Assembly: GCA_964483625.1 (NCBI GenBank)
Contig: CAZABB010000005.1
Coordinates: 15,571 to 79,570, forward strand
Reading direction: 5' to 3'
Source of the DNA: an uncultured Planctomycetia bacterium
Lineage (GTDB): Bacteria > Omnitrophota > Gorgyraeia > Duberdicusellales > 4484-171
DNA: 64,000 nucleotides
Each line of letters begins with the position of its first letter. Positions within the stretch are counted from its first letter, which is position 1. The notes under the pieces are model-generated. The model saw only the letters and a list, made by a program, of their open reading frames with translations. It was not told the origin of the DNA and did not search any database. A program made the position numbers and the translations under genes. This document shows positions 40,146-49,955 of the stretch, piece by piece.

Positions 40146-41065
40146 ATGGGTATTGTGTCAAGAGAGAGAGACGTAACCATGAGTATGCCGAAAAGGAAAT
40201 GAAGCTTTGCCGTCTCGATATCGATAGTGGCCAGCTGGTGTGGGGCATGGGCGTTGCTGGTTTTAATGGTCCCGATATTCTTCAGCGCTACCGGCAGACT
40301 TAAAAAGACCAGGAAGCCCCATGCCGATAAGGTTCCGGTTGTCATCAGCAGGAGGATACTCACATAGGCGCAACCGATTAAAAAAACATATTGTATTTGG
40401 GCCCGGCGATGCCCGAGGATATTTGCTATTGTTTTGATATGCGATTGTTTGTCATGGTCGATATCGCGCAGATTATTGGCGTGGAGGATCCCTGCGACCA
40501 GAAATCCTATCGGTAAAGAAAGGGAAAGAATGCGGGGATGATACCCTCCGGTCAGGGCAAAATATGATCCGATTACCATAAGCGGCCCCATCAGGATAAA
40601 GACAACCATGTCGCCTAAGGCGCGGTATTTATATTCGACCGGATGTGCCGTATAAAAAAAACCTCCCAAAAGGCCGATCGTACCCAGTACGAGCATCGGT
40701 ATTCCGCGCGCAGAGACCAATATGCATCCTAAAAGGAAACCTGCGGCAAAACAGAGGAGAGCGCCCCGGTAGATCTGACGCGGCGGCAATTTTCCCTGCG
40801 GCAGGATACCGCTGGAACCGAATGTCGTGGGCGTGTCGAGGCCGTGTTTGAAATCATAATAATCGTTGATTAAATTGGTCCCTGAATGAAACAGTAAAGA
40901 ACACAGGAGGATCAGGGGAAAAAGTTCCCAGCGGACGGGTTGAGGTCCGGAAAAAGCGCATACCGCGCCTAAGGTAATCGGGATAATCGATGCGGTAAAC
41001 GCAAACGGCCGGACCGCTTGGATCCAGTAAGAGACACGTTGGGAAAAAGATATTTGTGACTGCAT
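40142..41065 (-). CDS. menA: 1,4-dihydroxy-2-naphthoate polyprenyltransferase (UbiA superfamily, MenA-like)
   Basis: NDYYDFKHGLD Asp-rich motif. Multi-TM. The start is trimmed to the internal ATG at 41065, because the longer ORF runs into ubiE. Confidence 0.65.
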   Translation of the reverse strand: MQSQISFSQRVSYWIQAVRPFAFTASIIPITLGAVCAFSGPQPVRWELFPLILLCSLLFHSGTNLINDYYDFKHGLDTPTTFGSSGILPQGKLPPRQIYRGALLCFAAGFLLGCILVSARGIPMLVLGTIGLLGGFFYTAHPVEYKYRALGDMVVFILMGPLMVIGSYFALTGGYHPRILSLSLPIGFLVAGILHANNLRDIDHDKQSHIKTIANILGHRRAQIQYVFLIGCAYVSILLLMTTGTLSAWGFLVFLSLPVALKNIGTIKTSNAHAPHQLATIDIETAKLHFLFGILMVTSLSLDTIPI

Positions 41066-41103
41066 AAAAAATATTCTATCATACGTCAAAATGGACGACA
41101 ATG

Positions 41104-41799
41104 CTATTTCTTGGCCTGATAGATGTACGCGATGCCTCCGCTTAAAGGCTGATAGAAGATCTCGGTGAAGGAGTATCGGGCCAGGAGTGCCGCAACGTTT
41201 TCCGGCGGCAGGAATGAAGTGATCGATTCTGCCAGGTATTGATAGGCTGAAGGGGATCGCGACAGCCGTCCGCCCACGGCCGGGATAAGGGTTTTGAGAT
41301 AGAAACGATAGAAATTTTTCAGCCGGGATGAAGGAGGCGGAGTAAATTCCAGCAAACACAGGCGGCCGTCGGTTTTAAGCGTCCGGGCGATTTCCGGGAT
41401 AGCCGTCTCCTCCGTGGCCAGCAGGTTGCGTAATCCGAACGCGCTTACGGTGATATCGAACATACCGTCGCGAAACGGAAGAGTGCGGGCATCGGCATTG
41501 ATCAGAGTGATAGCCCGTCTCCCCCGCAGTCTTTTGATCTTTTTTTGTGCCGCCGCGAGCATCGGGAGTGAAAAATCGACCCCGAAGACGTCGATGTCTT
41601 GGTTATATTTTACGGCCCCAAGGGCGCAATCGGCCGTGCCGGTACACAGATCAAGCACGGTCATCCCCGAGGTGTACGGTAAAGCCCGCAGGAACGATCT
41701 TCGCCAGTGATAATCGCAACAGAAGCTTAGTATATGGTTCACGCGGTCGTAATCGGCGGCGATACGGGAAAAAAGTTGTTGAATATCCGGTGAGACCAT
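41104..41799 (-). CDS. ubiE: demethylmenaquinone / ubiquinone C-methyltransferase
   Basis: UbiE/MenG family N-terminus (FSRIAADYDRVNHILSF). SAM motif VLDLCTGTAD. Confidence 0.8.
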   Translation of the reverse strand: MVSPDIQQLFSRIAADYDRVNHILSFCCDYHWRRSFLRALPYTSGMTVLDLCTGTADCALGAVKYNQDIDVFGVDFSLPMLAAAQKKIKRLRGRRAITLINADARTLPFRDGMFDITVSAFGLRNLLATEETAIPEIARTLKTDGRLCLLEFTPPPSSRLKNFYRFYLKTLIPAVGGRLSRSPSAYQYLAESITSFLPPENVAALLARYSFTEIFYQPLSGGIAYIYQAKK

Positions 41800-41906
41800 G
41801 GTTATATTTTAACGGTACATGAACAAATGGGAAGGTATACTTTCGGTGTTATACTTTATGGCATGGTTATGGTAAAATAACCCGCGGTACCGGATACGAA
41901 ATACAT

Positions 41907-43046
41907 ATGAGGAAAAAAGTCGTTATTATCGGGGCAGGATTTGCCGGGATGAGTGCGCTGAAAAAACTGGCGCCGCACGGCGGGAAGACCATTGATCTTA
42001 CGTTTATCGATCGGCGCCGGGCTCACCATTTTTTGCCGTTGTTGCCGGATATGATCGGCAAGCGGATGCCGAAAGAATCCTTACAGTATTCCTACACCGG
42101 TGTTGCCCGCCATACCTACGCGGATTTCGTTTGCGATACGGTCGAAACCATCTCTCCCGGTGATTCGCGCATTTCTACGGCGTCAGGCGTAATTGAATAT
42201 GATTATCTTATTCTTTCTCCCGGCTCGGTCACCAACTTTTATGGCAATTCCTTCGCTCGTTCCGGCGCTCATACGTTTGACGATGTGACGGCGGTAGAGA
42301 GGATCCGGAATGGTTTAGAAACGTTCTCCGGCAATTACTTCGTTATTGTCGGCGGCGGATATACCGGAATAGAACTGGCGACAAATCTGTGGGCGTATTT
42401 TCGGAAAAAGGGCCAGAAGAAAAAAATTATTATTATCGAAAAGAGAGATTCTCTCCTGGGGCCGCTTCCGCAATGGATGAAAGAATATGTTAAGGATAAC
42501 CTTAAGAAGATGGATATTGAGGTATCCTATGAGAGCGAGGTCGCTGATTTCCAGGGTCAGTCGGTGCGTTTATCCGATGGGAGGACATTCTTCCCGGCTA
42601 TGCTTTTTTGGGTTGCCGGAGTGCGTATCCCTTCCTTTTGTTCGGCGTTAACCGAAGAGAAGTTGCCTCAGGCGAGGCTCAAGGTCGACCGCTATTTACG
42701 GCTTCAACGTCAGGAAACCATCTTTGTGGCCGGAGACGCGGCTTATTTCGAGGATAACGGGAATCCTTTGCGTATGGCGGTGAATATTGCCCGGACGCAA
42801 GGGGTATGTGCGGCGAATAATGTCTTAAGGAGTATCTTAAGGAAACCGCTTATTCCCTATCGGCCGCAGGATTTGGGCTTTGTGGTTCCCCTGGGAAATA
42901 ATCGCGCCTGCGGCAGCGCGTTGGGGGTTACGGTTAAAGGGCGTGTAGCGATAGGGCTGCATTATTTCTTCTGTATATTAAGGTCTTATGGTATAAGGAA
43001 TAGATGGAATATTTTAGGAGCGTTAATCAAAGGAGGTTACCGATGA
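41907..43046 (+). CDS. ndh: type II NADH dehydrogenase (NDH-2) family FAD oxidoreductase
   Basis: Two Rossmann GxGxxG motifs (IIGAGFAG; VGGGYTG). Confidence 0.7.
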   Translation: MRKKVVIIGAGFAGMSALKKLAPHGGKTIDLTFIDRRRAHHFLPLLPDMIGKRMPKESLQYSYTGVARHTYADFVCDTVETISPGDSRISTASGVIEYDYLILSPGSVTNFYGNSFARSGAHTFDDVTAVERIRNGLETFSGNYFVIVGGGYTGIELATNLWAYFRKKGQKKKIIIIEKRDSLLGPLPQWMKEYVKDNLKKMDIEVSYESEVADFQGQSVRLSDGRTFFPAMLFWVAGVRIPSFCSALTEEKLPQARLKVDRYLRLQRQETIFVAGDAAYFEDNGNPLRMAVNIARTQGVCAANNVLRSILRKPLIPYRPQDLGFVVPLGNNRACGSALGVTVKGRVAIGLHYFFCILRSYGIRNRWNILGALIKGGYR

Positions 43047-43435
43047 AAGACTGGGCGGCTCTTCCCATACGATTGGGACTGGGGACGGTATTTATTGCTC
43101 ACGGATTACAAAAAGTTTTCGGTTTATTTGATGGGGCGGGAGTTGCGGGATTCAGCGAGATGTTGCAGGAGCTCGGCTTTCCCTTGTCGGGAATGCTGGC
43201 GTATGCGGTGGCGTATATTGAATTTATCGGAGGGATCTTTCTGATCCTGGGGCTTTTTACGCAAGGTACCGCGTTTGTGCTGGCGATCGTTATGCTGGTA
43301 GCCATGGCGAAGGTTCATCTGGAAAAAGGGCTCTTTCTTTCCGCCGGCGGGTACGAATATACGCTGATTATCATATGTTCGCTTTTAAGTCTGCTTTGTT
43401 CGGGAGCCGGGAATTTGAGTTTTGATAAGAAATAG
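43043..43435 (+). CDS. DoxX-family membrane protein
   Basis: AGGAGG RBS. Four-TM DoxX pattern (RLGLGTVFIAHG). Confidence 0.65.
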   Translation: MKDWAALPIRLGLGTVFIAHGLQKVFGLFDGAGVAGFSEMLQELGFPLSGMLAYAVAYIEFIGGIFLILGLFTQGTAFVLAIVMLVAMAKVHLEKGLFLSAGGYEYTLIIICSLLSLLCSGAGNLSFDKK

Positions 43436-43453
43436 AACGTACTGATTTAATGC

Positions 43454-44119
43454 ATGGATAATTTTTATGACCGATCGTATTACGGAAAGATTATTTCTCC
43501 CGACCGGGTGTACGAAGTACACCCGGCAAAGATGAGAGAGATACAGTTCTTAAAGCGATTCGTTGCTCCCGCCGCCGGCGATAAACTGTTGGATATCGGG
43601 TGCGGCGCCGGGGCGTATCTGATGGCCCTTGGTCACTGCGGGGCCGATCTCTGGGGGATAGATATCTCTGAGCATGCGACACAAATCGCCAAAAAGAGAG
43701 TATCGAAGCCTGGGCAGATCCTGTGCGCCAACGCCGACCCTCTGCCGTTTGATGATAACGAGTTCGATTATGTGACTGCCTGGGGAATCGTAGAGCATTT
43801 CCCTTCGATTCCCTCGATCCTGGCTCAGATGCACCGGGTTATGAAGCCTCACGGCAAAGCCGCGGTTATGGTGCCGAATATCTATTATTATAAATTCATC
43901 TGGGACACGTTACGGAAAGGTGCCGGTCCGGTTCGCCATCAGGAAATCGAGGCACTCTATTCGTTCGGTGAATGGAAGGATTTTATCGAGAAAGCGGGAC
44001 TCACGATTGACCGGATATCGCATCATAACAAGTTCAATAAACCGCTGGTCAACTGGATGCGGAATATGTTTATCCCGTACTATTTTTCCAATCATTTTAT
44101 TTTCATCTGTATAAAATAG
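43454..44119 (+). CDS. class I SAM-dependent methyltransferase
   Basis: Motif I LLDIGCGAGAY. Acidic loop. Confidence 0.7.
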   Translation: MDNFYDRSYYGKIISPDRVYEVHPAKMREIQFLKRFVAPAAGDKLLDIGCGAGAYLMALGHCGADLWGIDISEHATQIAKKRVSKPGQILCANADPLPFDDNEFDYVTAWGIVEHFPSIPSILAQMHRVMKPHGKAAVMVPNIYYYKFIWDTLRKGAGPVRHQEIEALYSFGEWKDFIEKAGLTIDRISHHNKFNKPLVNWMRNMFIPYYFSNHFIFICIK

Positions 44120-44194
44120 ATAAAAAGATTAGACGTGCATCACGTTCATCGTCTATCGCTAAACGCTGGACGCTAAATAAAAAAAGGAGGAGAT

Positions 44195-44509
44195 ATGGCC
44201 AAGAATCAGATGAAACAGAAAATGGAAAAAATGTGGAAGAAAACCAGGAAGGATTTGGACAAAATCATCACCGATACCGACGGCGCGATGAAAAAGGGAG
44301 AGAAATACCTGAAAGACATATCCGGTAAAGGGAAGAAGAATCTTGATGTGCTGGCGCTTTCGTTGCAGAGGGAAAAGCTTTATTATGAATTAGGCAAGAC
44401 GATTTCTCAGATCTCCGAAGGTAAGGCCGTGAATGTGAAGAAGGAGCATGAACTGCTCAATTCGATTAAGACCCTCAGCGCTCAGATCGATATGTTGAAG
44501 AAGAAATAA
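44195..44509 (+). CDS. hypothetical Lys-rich coiled-coil protein (104 aa)
   Basis: AAAGGAGG RBS. Fully helical, phasin-like composition. Confidence 0.45.
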   Translation: MAKNQMKQKMEKMWKKTRKDLDKIITDTDGAMKKGEKYLKDISGKGKKNLDVLALSLQREKLYYELGKTISQISEGKAVNVKKEHELLNSIKTLSAQIDMLKKK

Positions 44510-44619
44510 TGAATGGAAGCTCTAAATCCGAAATCCTAAACTCTTAACTCCCGCTTAAAGCGGGATCCCGTTGAATAAAAGCAATAATGTGCGGGAAAAT
44601 TCAAAGCCTCAAACATTTT

Positions 44620-45195
44620 ATGTCTCATCCGAAGATCATTCTCGCTTCGGCGTCTCGGGCGAGGAAGAAGCTTCTTAAAGATGTCGGTTTGAGGTGCACT
44701 GTTGTGGTGCCGGGTGTCGGTGAATGCCGAAAAGCGAAATCCTGCCATACTTTGGTGATTGAAAATGCCCGGCGTAAAGCCGAATCTGTCGCCCGTAAAC
44801 ATCCGGGAGCGATCGTGATCTCTGCCGATACGATCGTCGTCTCCGGGAAGAAGATTATTGGTAAGCCCCGCAATGCCCTCCAGGCAAAGAAAATCCTGAA
44901 GCTTCTCTCTTCTGCGCCGCACTGGGTGTATAGCGGGATTGCCGTGGCCGCTCCCGGCAAAAAAATATTGACCGGGGGGGAGAAAACAAAGGTGTATATG
45001 GTCCCGTTGACCGATGCCCAGATCGAACGGTACCTCCGGAAGGTCCGTCCTTTCGACAAAGCGGGAGGGTTCGATATCGGCGGTCCCGCCGCGTTCTTTA
45101 TCAATCGTATCGAGGGGTGCTATTTTAACGTCGTAGGCCTGCCACTGGCGCATCTGGCCCGGCTCCTGGGTAAGGCGGGGGTTGATATCTTCTAA
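44620..45195 (+). CDS. maf: Maf-like nucleoside triphosphate pyrophosphatase
   Basis: N-terminal ILASASxxR and the catalytic SADT(I)V block. Start uncertain (alternative at 44587). Confidence 0.7.
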   Translation: MSHPKIILASASRARKKLLKDVGLRCTVVVPGVGECRKAKSCHTLVIENARRKAESVARKHPGAIVISADTIVVSGKKIIGKPRNALQAKKILKLLSSAPHWVYSGIAVAAPGKKILTGGEKTKVYMVPLTDAQIERYLRKVRPFDKAGGFDIGGPAAFFINRIEGCYFNVVGLPLAHLARLLGKAGVDIF

Positions 45196-45404
45196 TGGTT
45201 TGTGAGCCAGTAATATAGCAATACACCTAAAAAAATAATTGACTTTGTATTGGTTTAAATACATAATGTAATTCATTTAAAATTCCACTTCTCACGGAAA
45301 CGGCGTAAGGCGCCGGTGTCAATTCGGTCACGGAAACAGTTTCGTTGCCTTTTTTAGGAAAGTTAATAAAAACAGGCCCGGGAAAAAAGGATCAGGGGGG
45401 CGCT

Positions 45405-45773
45405 ATGAACAAAAAGAGTACGGTCAAAAGAAAGACAGGTAAAGGGAAAGGAAAGGGGGCGACCATGAAGATAGCCAGGGTGTTGAAGCCGCGTGTGGGT
45501 AGAAAGAGTAACGTCAAAAAAGTTGCTTTTCAGGTGCAGGCGTCTGGGGCTCAATCAGTGGCGCTTACCGGCGATTTTAATTCATGGGGTGATCAGGGGT
45601 TGAAGATGAAAAAAGGGCGTGACGGCATATGGAAGATCGGGATGAACCTGGCTCCCGGCCGGTACGAATATAAGTTTATTGTCGACGGCCAGTGGTGGAC
45701 CGATCCGGTCAATCCTCATGCCGTGACCAATTCCTTCGGTGCGGTAAATTCCGTGATTGAAGTGGGGGCGTAA
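45405..45773 (+). CDS. CBM48 / glycogen-binding-domain protein with basic N-terminal tail
   Basis: GDFNSW...KF.VDG.W motif pattern of AMPK-beta / isoamylase-N (CBM48). Confidence 0.6.
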   Translation: MNKKSTVKRKTGKGKGKGATMKIARVLKPRVGRKSNVKKVAFQVQASGAQSVALTGDFNSWGDQGLKMKKGRDGIWKIGMNLAPGRYEYKFIVDGQWWTDPVNPHAVTNSFGAVNSVIEVGA

Positions 45774-45777
45774 CCTT

Positions 45778-46938
45778 ATGAGAATTGCTCTGTTTGCGTG
45801 GGAATCACTTCATTCGATCACCGTAGGCGGGATAGCTTTTCATGTAAGTGAATTAGCTGCCGCATTGCAGCGTAAAGGACATGATGTCCATGTGTTTACG
45901 CGTATCGGCCATCCCGATCAGCCGTGGTATGAATGTATCCACGGGGTCCATTATCACCGTTGTCCCTACGGATTTCATTCCGATTTTATTGAGGAAACTA
46001 ATAACATGTGCCGATCCTTCGTCGAGGCTTTTTTCCAGACCGAAGATCATATCGGACACTTTGATATCGTTCATGCTCATGATTGGTTGACCGCCAACGC
46101 TCTTTCCTGGATCAAACAGGGAAGAGGACATAAAGGGATCTTTACCATGCATTCGACCGAGTACGGCCGGTGCGGCAATAACTTTTTCAACGGGACATCT
46201 CAGCGTATCCGGCATCATGAATGGCTGGGGACCTATTGTGCCGACCGGGTGATTGCCGTATCGAAATCCTTGAAAAACGAAACTCAGTGGATATACAGTG
46301 TTCCCGACGATAAGGTGGATACGATCTATAACGGTATCAGTTACTGGAATTACGATGGGTGGATTGATCCCCATACGGTACGGTCGGCATACGGTATCGG
46401 GCCGATGGATCCGATGGTTCTTTTCGTGGGAAGGATTGTCTATCAGAAGGGGCCGGATTTATTGACTGAAGCTATTCCGTACGTGTTGAACTATTATCCC
46501 AACGCGAAATTCGTGTTCGTCGGGGATGGGGAAATGCGTATGGGGGTTGAAGATCGTATCGGCCAGCTGGGGGTACGTCACGCGGTGAGGTTCCCCGGGT
46601 TTTTAAACGGCTGGCGCCTGACCGATCTCTACAAGTCCTGTGATTGTGTCTGTGTTCCCAGCCGGAACGAACCGTTCGGGATCGTCTTGCTTGAGGCGTG
46701 GAGTTCGGGGAAACCGGTTGTTGCCTGTGATACCGGCGGGCCGTCGGAAATTATCTGGCACCAGGTCAACGGCCTCAAAACATACGCAGCGCCCGATTCC
46801 ATCGCCTGGGGTATCGGCACGTTGTTTAACGACTTTGAATACGGCAGATGGATGGGACGAAACGGCCGGGTCGCGGTCGAGACGGTATTTTCCTGGGATA
46901 CTATCGCCGATCAGGCCTTAATGGTTTATAATAGTTAA
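45778..46938 (+). CDS. GT-B glycosyltransferase, glycogen/alpha-glucan synthase-like
   Basis: N-terminal donor-binding loop (ITVGGIA). C-terminal EX7E-like block (PSRNEPFGIVLLEAWSSGKPVV). Confidence 0.6.
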   Translation: MRIALFAWESLHSITVGGIAFHVSELAAALQRKGHDVHVFTRIGHPDQPWYECIHGVHYHRCPYGFHSDFIEETNNMCRSFVEAFFQTEDHIGHFDIVHAHDWLTANALSWIKQGRGHKGIFTMHSTEYGRCGNNFFNGTSQRIRHHEWLGTYCADRVIAVSKSLKNETQWIYSVPDDKVDTIYNGISYWNYDGWIDPHTVRSAYGIGPMDPMVLFVGRIVYQKGPDLLTEAIPYVLNYYPNAKFVFVGDGEMRMGVEDRIGQLGVRHAVRFPGFLNGWRLTDLYKSCDCVCVPSRNEPFGIVLLEAWSSGKPVVACDTGGPSEIIWHQVNGLKTYAAPDSIAWGIGTLFNDFEYGRWMGRNGRVAVETVFSWDTIADQALMVYNS

Positions 46939-46950
46939 AAGGAGATATCC

Positions 46951-48147
46951 GTGGCAGAATCTAAAAGGGAACAGGCCCAGAAAAACATATATACGAGGAA
47001 TAAACCGGTTGCCGGGAGAATTCCCCGCAAGGATTCCGATACGGGTTCTTCCCGGCCGGTTTCTGATTCTGCCGGTGAATATCTCCCCGTACAGCCGCCG
47101 CGGCTGAAAAAGAAAGTTTCTGTCGATCATCACGACCTTCCTGCCCTCGACAGCAATACCAGCATTACGCTTATGCCGCGCGATCCCCATTGGATCCACG
47201 CTTACTGGAATGTGTCGGAACGTTTTCTGACGGAAGCTAAACGCCGGTTAGGAGAGGATGTTTTCAACCGTTCTACCCAGACCATACGCATGTATGATGT
47301 GACCTATAAGGATTTCGAAAAAGGCGATGCCCCCAACCGGATATTTGATATCGATGTGGGCGCGTTTACAAAGAACTGGTATATCGATTTATGGTCGGAC
47401 CATGCGGCGTATTGCGCCGACCTGGGATTACGTACTCCCGAGGGAGACTTCCTGCCGTTGGCACGTTCCAATTTTGTTGCAACCCCGCGGCAAGCTTCAT
47501 CGGGCCGGCAGGATGCAATCTGGATGGAAGTAAAAGGCGACATGAATCAACGTCCTTTTGTGCAGCTTGACGAAGCGCAAAAACGGGTGCACCGTAACGT
47601 GGCGGCTCACGGGAAAAAATTCGGCAACCGTATTTTTCTTACCGAAGACGATATCCGCGCCTATTATTCCCGTCTCTTTCCGCTGCTTAAGAAGATTGTC
47701 TCGCTGCGTCTGGCGCGGGATGATCAGAAACATCGTATATCTCTCAAAGACGGGCACGTTGTCCTCGATGATCTGCTTATTCAGGGAATATCGAAGAGTG
47801 AGTTCTTAAGGAGAATCCTTCTGGGCGCTTCGGCCGAAATGATCGAAAAGGGCGGAGCTTCAGAGCAGATTTCTTCCGGGGCCAGTTACCAGGCTCATTC
47901 GGAGAGAACCTTTTTCTTTGAGATCGGGACAGAACTCATCGTCTATGGCCGAACCGAACCGGGGGCGATAGTATTGCTGGGAGGTAAGAATGTCGCGTTA
48001 CGTCCCGACGGGACGTTTACGCTTCGTTTCGGATTGCCTGATGCCGGATATATTCCTCTTGATTTTGTCGCGCAGTCGCGTGATACGAAAGAAAGACGTA
48101 CGATTACAACTTCGGTACGGCGTAACAAAACCCAATATAGTCGTTAG
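46951..48147 (+). CDS. hypothetical protein often found beside GH57 genes (DUF4912-like, assignment from memory)
   Basis: No enzymatic motif recognised. Conserved W-rich core (HWIHAYWNV). Sits inside the glycogen cluster. Confidence 0.35.
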   Translation: MAESKREQAQKNIYTRNKPVAGRIPRKDSDTGSSRPVSDSAGEYLPVQPPRLKKKVSVDHHDLPALDSNTSITLMPRDPHWIHAYWNVSERFLTEAKRRLGEDVFNRSTQTIRMYDVTYKDFEKGDAPNRIFDIDVGAFTKNWYIDLWSDHAAYCADLGLRTPEGDFLPLARSNFVATPRQASSGRQDAIWMEVKGDMNQRPFVQLDEAQKRVHRNVAAHGKKFGNRIFLTEDDIRAYYSRLFPLLKKIVSLRLARDDQKHRISLKDGHVVLDDLLIQGISKSEFLRRILLGASAEMIEKGGASEQISSGASYQAHSERTFFFEIGTELIVYGRTEPGAIVLLGGKNVALRPDGTFTLRFGLPDAGYIPLDFVAQSRDTKERRTITTSVRRNKTQYSR

Positions 48148-48239
48148 TCGTTGGTGGACAGTATTTAGTAAAAAGATAGGAGAAAAAACTATCGACCACA
48201 GACTAAAGACCAGTGATTCAATCATCGCAGAATTAAAAA

Positions 48240-49955
48240 ATGGTTAAAGGATATCTATGCCTCTTACTCCACACCCATCTTCCTTTCGTCCGGCATCCGG
48301 AAGAAGAATACTTTCTCGAAGAAAACTGGCTTTTCGAAGCGATCACTGAGACATACATCCCTCTGATTCGCGTGTTCGATCGTCTTCTGTCTGACGGCAT
48401 TGATTTTCGTATGACGATGTCGTTCACCCCGCCTTTGGTGTCGATGCTGAAGGACCCGCTCCTGCAAAATCGGTTCTTACGCCATATCAATAAACTCATA
48501 GAACTTTCCGAAAAAGAGATCGAACGTACCGGATTCGAATCGCATTATCACGGATTGGCGCTTATGTATAATCGCCGGTTCAAAGAGACCAAAGATATTT
48601 TCCTGAATCGCTATGATCGCGATATTGTCTCGGCATTCAAAAAATTTCAGGATGCCGGGGTGATTGAAGTTATCGCTTCCTGCGCGACACACGGATTTCT
48701 GCCGAACTTGAGCGTAAATCTCGGAAGTGTCCGGGCCCAAATCCGCGTGGGAGTAGAGCATTACCGCAAGACATTCGGCCGCAAACCGCGGGGGTTCTGG
48801 CTGCCCGAATGCGGCTATTATCCCGGTGTCGATGAGACGCTCAAAAAAGAAGAGATACGTTATTTTATCGTCGATTCTCACGGGATCATCAATGCCGATC
48901 CGGTACCGCGCTATAGCGTGTACGCGCCAATTTATTGCCCGTCGGGAGTCGCCGCCTTCGGCCGGGACTGGGAATCGTCGAAACAGGTATGGAGCTCGAG
49001 GGAGGGATACCCCGGTGATCCCGATTACCGGGAATACTACCGGGATATCGGGCACCAGCTCGAATATGATTACATAAAACCGTACATCCATCCTCAAGGC
49101 TTCCGGATTAATACCGGAATGAAATACTGGCGTATTACCGGTAATACCGAGTATAAGGAAGCTTATCGGCCGGACTGGGCGAAAGAGAAAGCGGCGACTC
49201 ATGCCGGCAACTTCATGTTCAACCGTCAGAAACAGATTGAACACTTAAGTGCTCATATGGATCGTAAACCGATTATCCTGGCGCCGTACGACGCGGAGTT
49301 ATTCGGCCACTGGTGGTTTGAAGGGCCGTTGTGGATTGATTTCTTATTGAGGAAAATAGCGTACGATCAGGAAGATATACAATTGATCACTCCTTCGGAA
49401 TATCTTACCAAGTACCCTACCAATCAGATGTCATTGCCCTCATATTCGACCTGGGGATATAAAGGATACAGTGAATTCTGGCTGGAAGGGAGCAATGATT
49501 GGATATACCCTTATCTGCACCAGGCCGCGCGGGAGATGAAAGAATTAACGGAAAAGTTTTCCGTCCCTTTGACGAATGGTTCCCGGCAATCCCTTCTTCG
49601 CCGCGCCCTTAACCAGGCGGCGCGGGAATTGCTTCTGGCAGAGTCCAGCGACTGGCCGTTTATCATGAAAACCGGGACCATGATTCCCTACGCTCATAAA
49701 CGGGTTAAAACACATCTGGGTCGTTTTCAGTATATTTATGAGTCGCTTATTACCTCCGGCACGGTCGATGAAGACTGGCTGAAAGAGGTCGAGTGGCGTG
49801 ATAATATCTTTTCCCGTATCGATTGTGCGCGGTATTATCGGGATGAATCATCTGAAAAACCGCAGCCTCGGTCTCCGGCAAAAAAGAACAAAACGGCAAA
49901 GAAATCCACGGTAAAAGCAAAAAAAACCGCCGGCAAAAAAAGGAAGAAAACATGA
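48240..49955 (+). CDS. glycoside hydrolase family 57 enzyme (branching enzyme / 4-alpha-glucanotransferase type) with Lys-rich C-terminal tail
   Basis: GH57 N-terminal HxHLP motif (LLLHTHLPFV). Downstream acid/nucleophile region (WLPECGY). About 570 aa. Confidence 0.7.
   Translation: MVKGYLCLLLHTHLPFVRHPEEEYFLEENWLFEAITETYIPLIRVFDRLLSDGIDFRMTMSFTPPLVSMLKDPLLQNRFLRHINKLIELSEKEIERTGFESHYHGLALMYNRRFKETKDIFLNRYDRDIVSAFKKFQDAGVIEVIASCATHGFLPNLSVNLGSVRAQIRVGVEHYRKTFGRKPRGFWLPECGYYPGVDETLKKEEIRYFIVDSHGIINADPVPRYSVYAPIYCPSGVAAFGRDWESSKQVWSSREGYPGDPDYREYYRDIGHQLEYDYIKPYIHPQGFRINTGMKYWRITGNTEYKEAYRPDWAKEKAATHAGNFMFNRQKQIEHLSAHMDRKPIILAPYDAELFGHWWFEGPLWIDFLLRKIAYDQEDIQLITPSEYLTKYPTNQMSLPSYSTWGYKGYSEFWLEGSNDWIYPYLHQAAREMKELTEKFSVPLTNGSRQSLLRRALNQAARELLLAESSDWPFIMKTGTMIPYAHKRVKTHLGRFQYIYESLITSGTVDEDWLKEVEWRDNIFSRIDCARYYRDESSEKPQPRSPAKKNKTAKKSTVKAKKTAGKKRKKT

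Noticed and set aside
40142-41359. 405-aa ORF treated as a single gene
   Set aside because: The 5' 98 codons overlap the ubiE coding region. The UbiA-family domain begins at the internal ATG (41065), giving a normal-length MenA.
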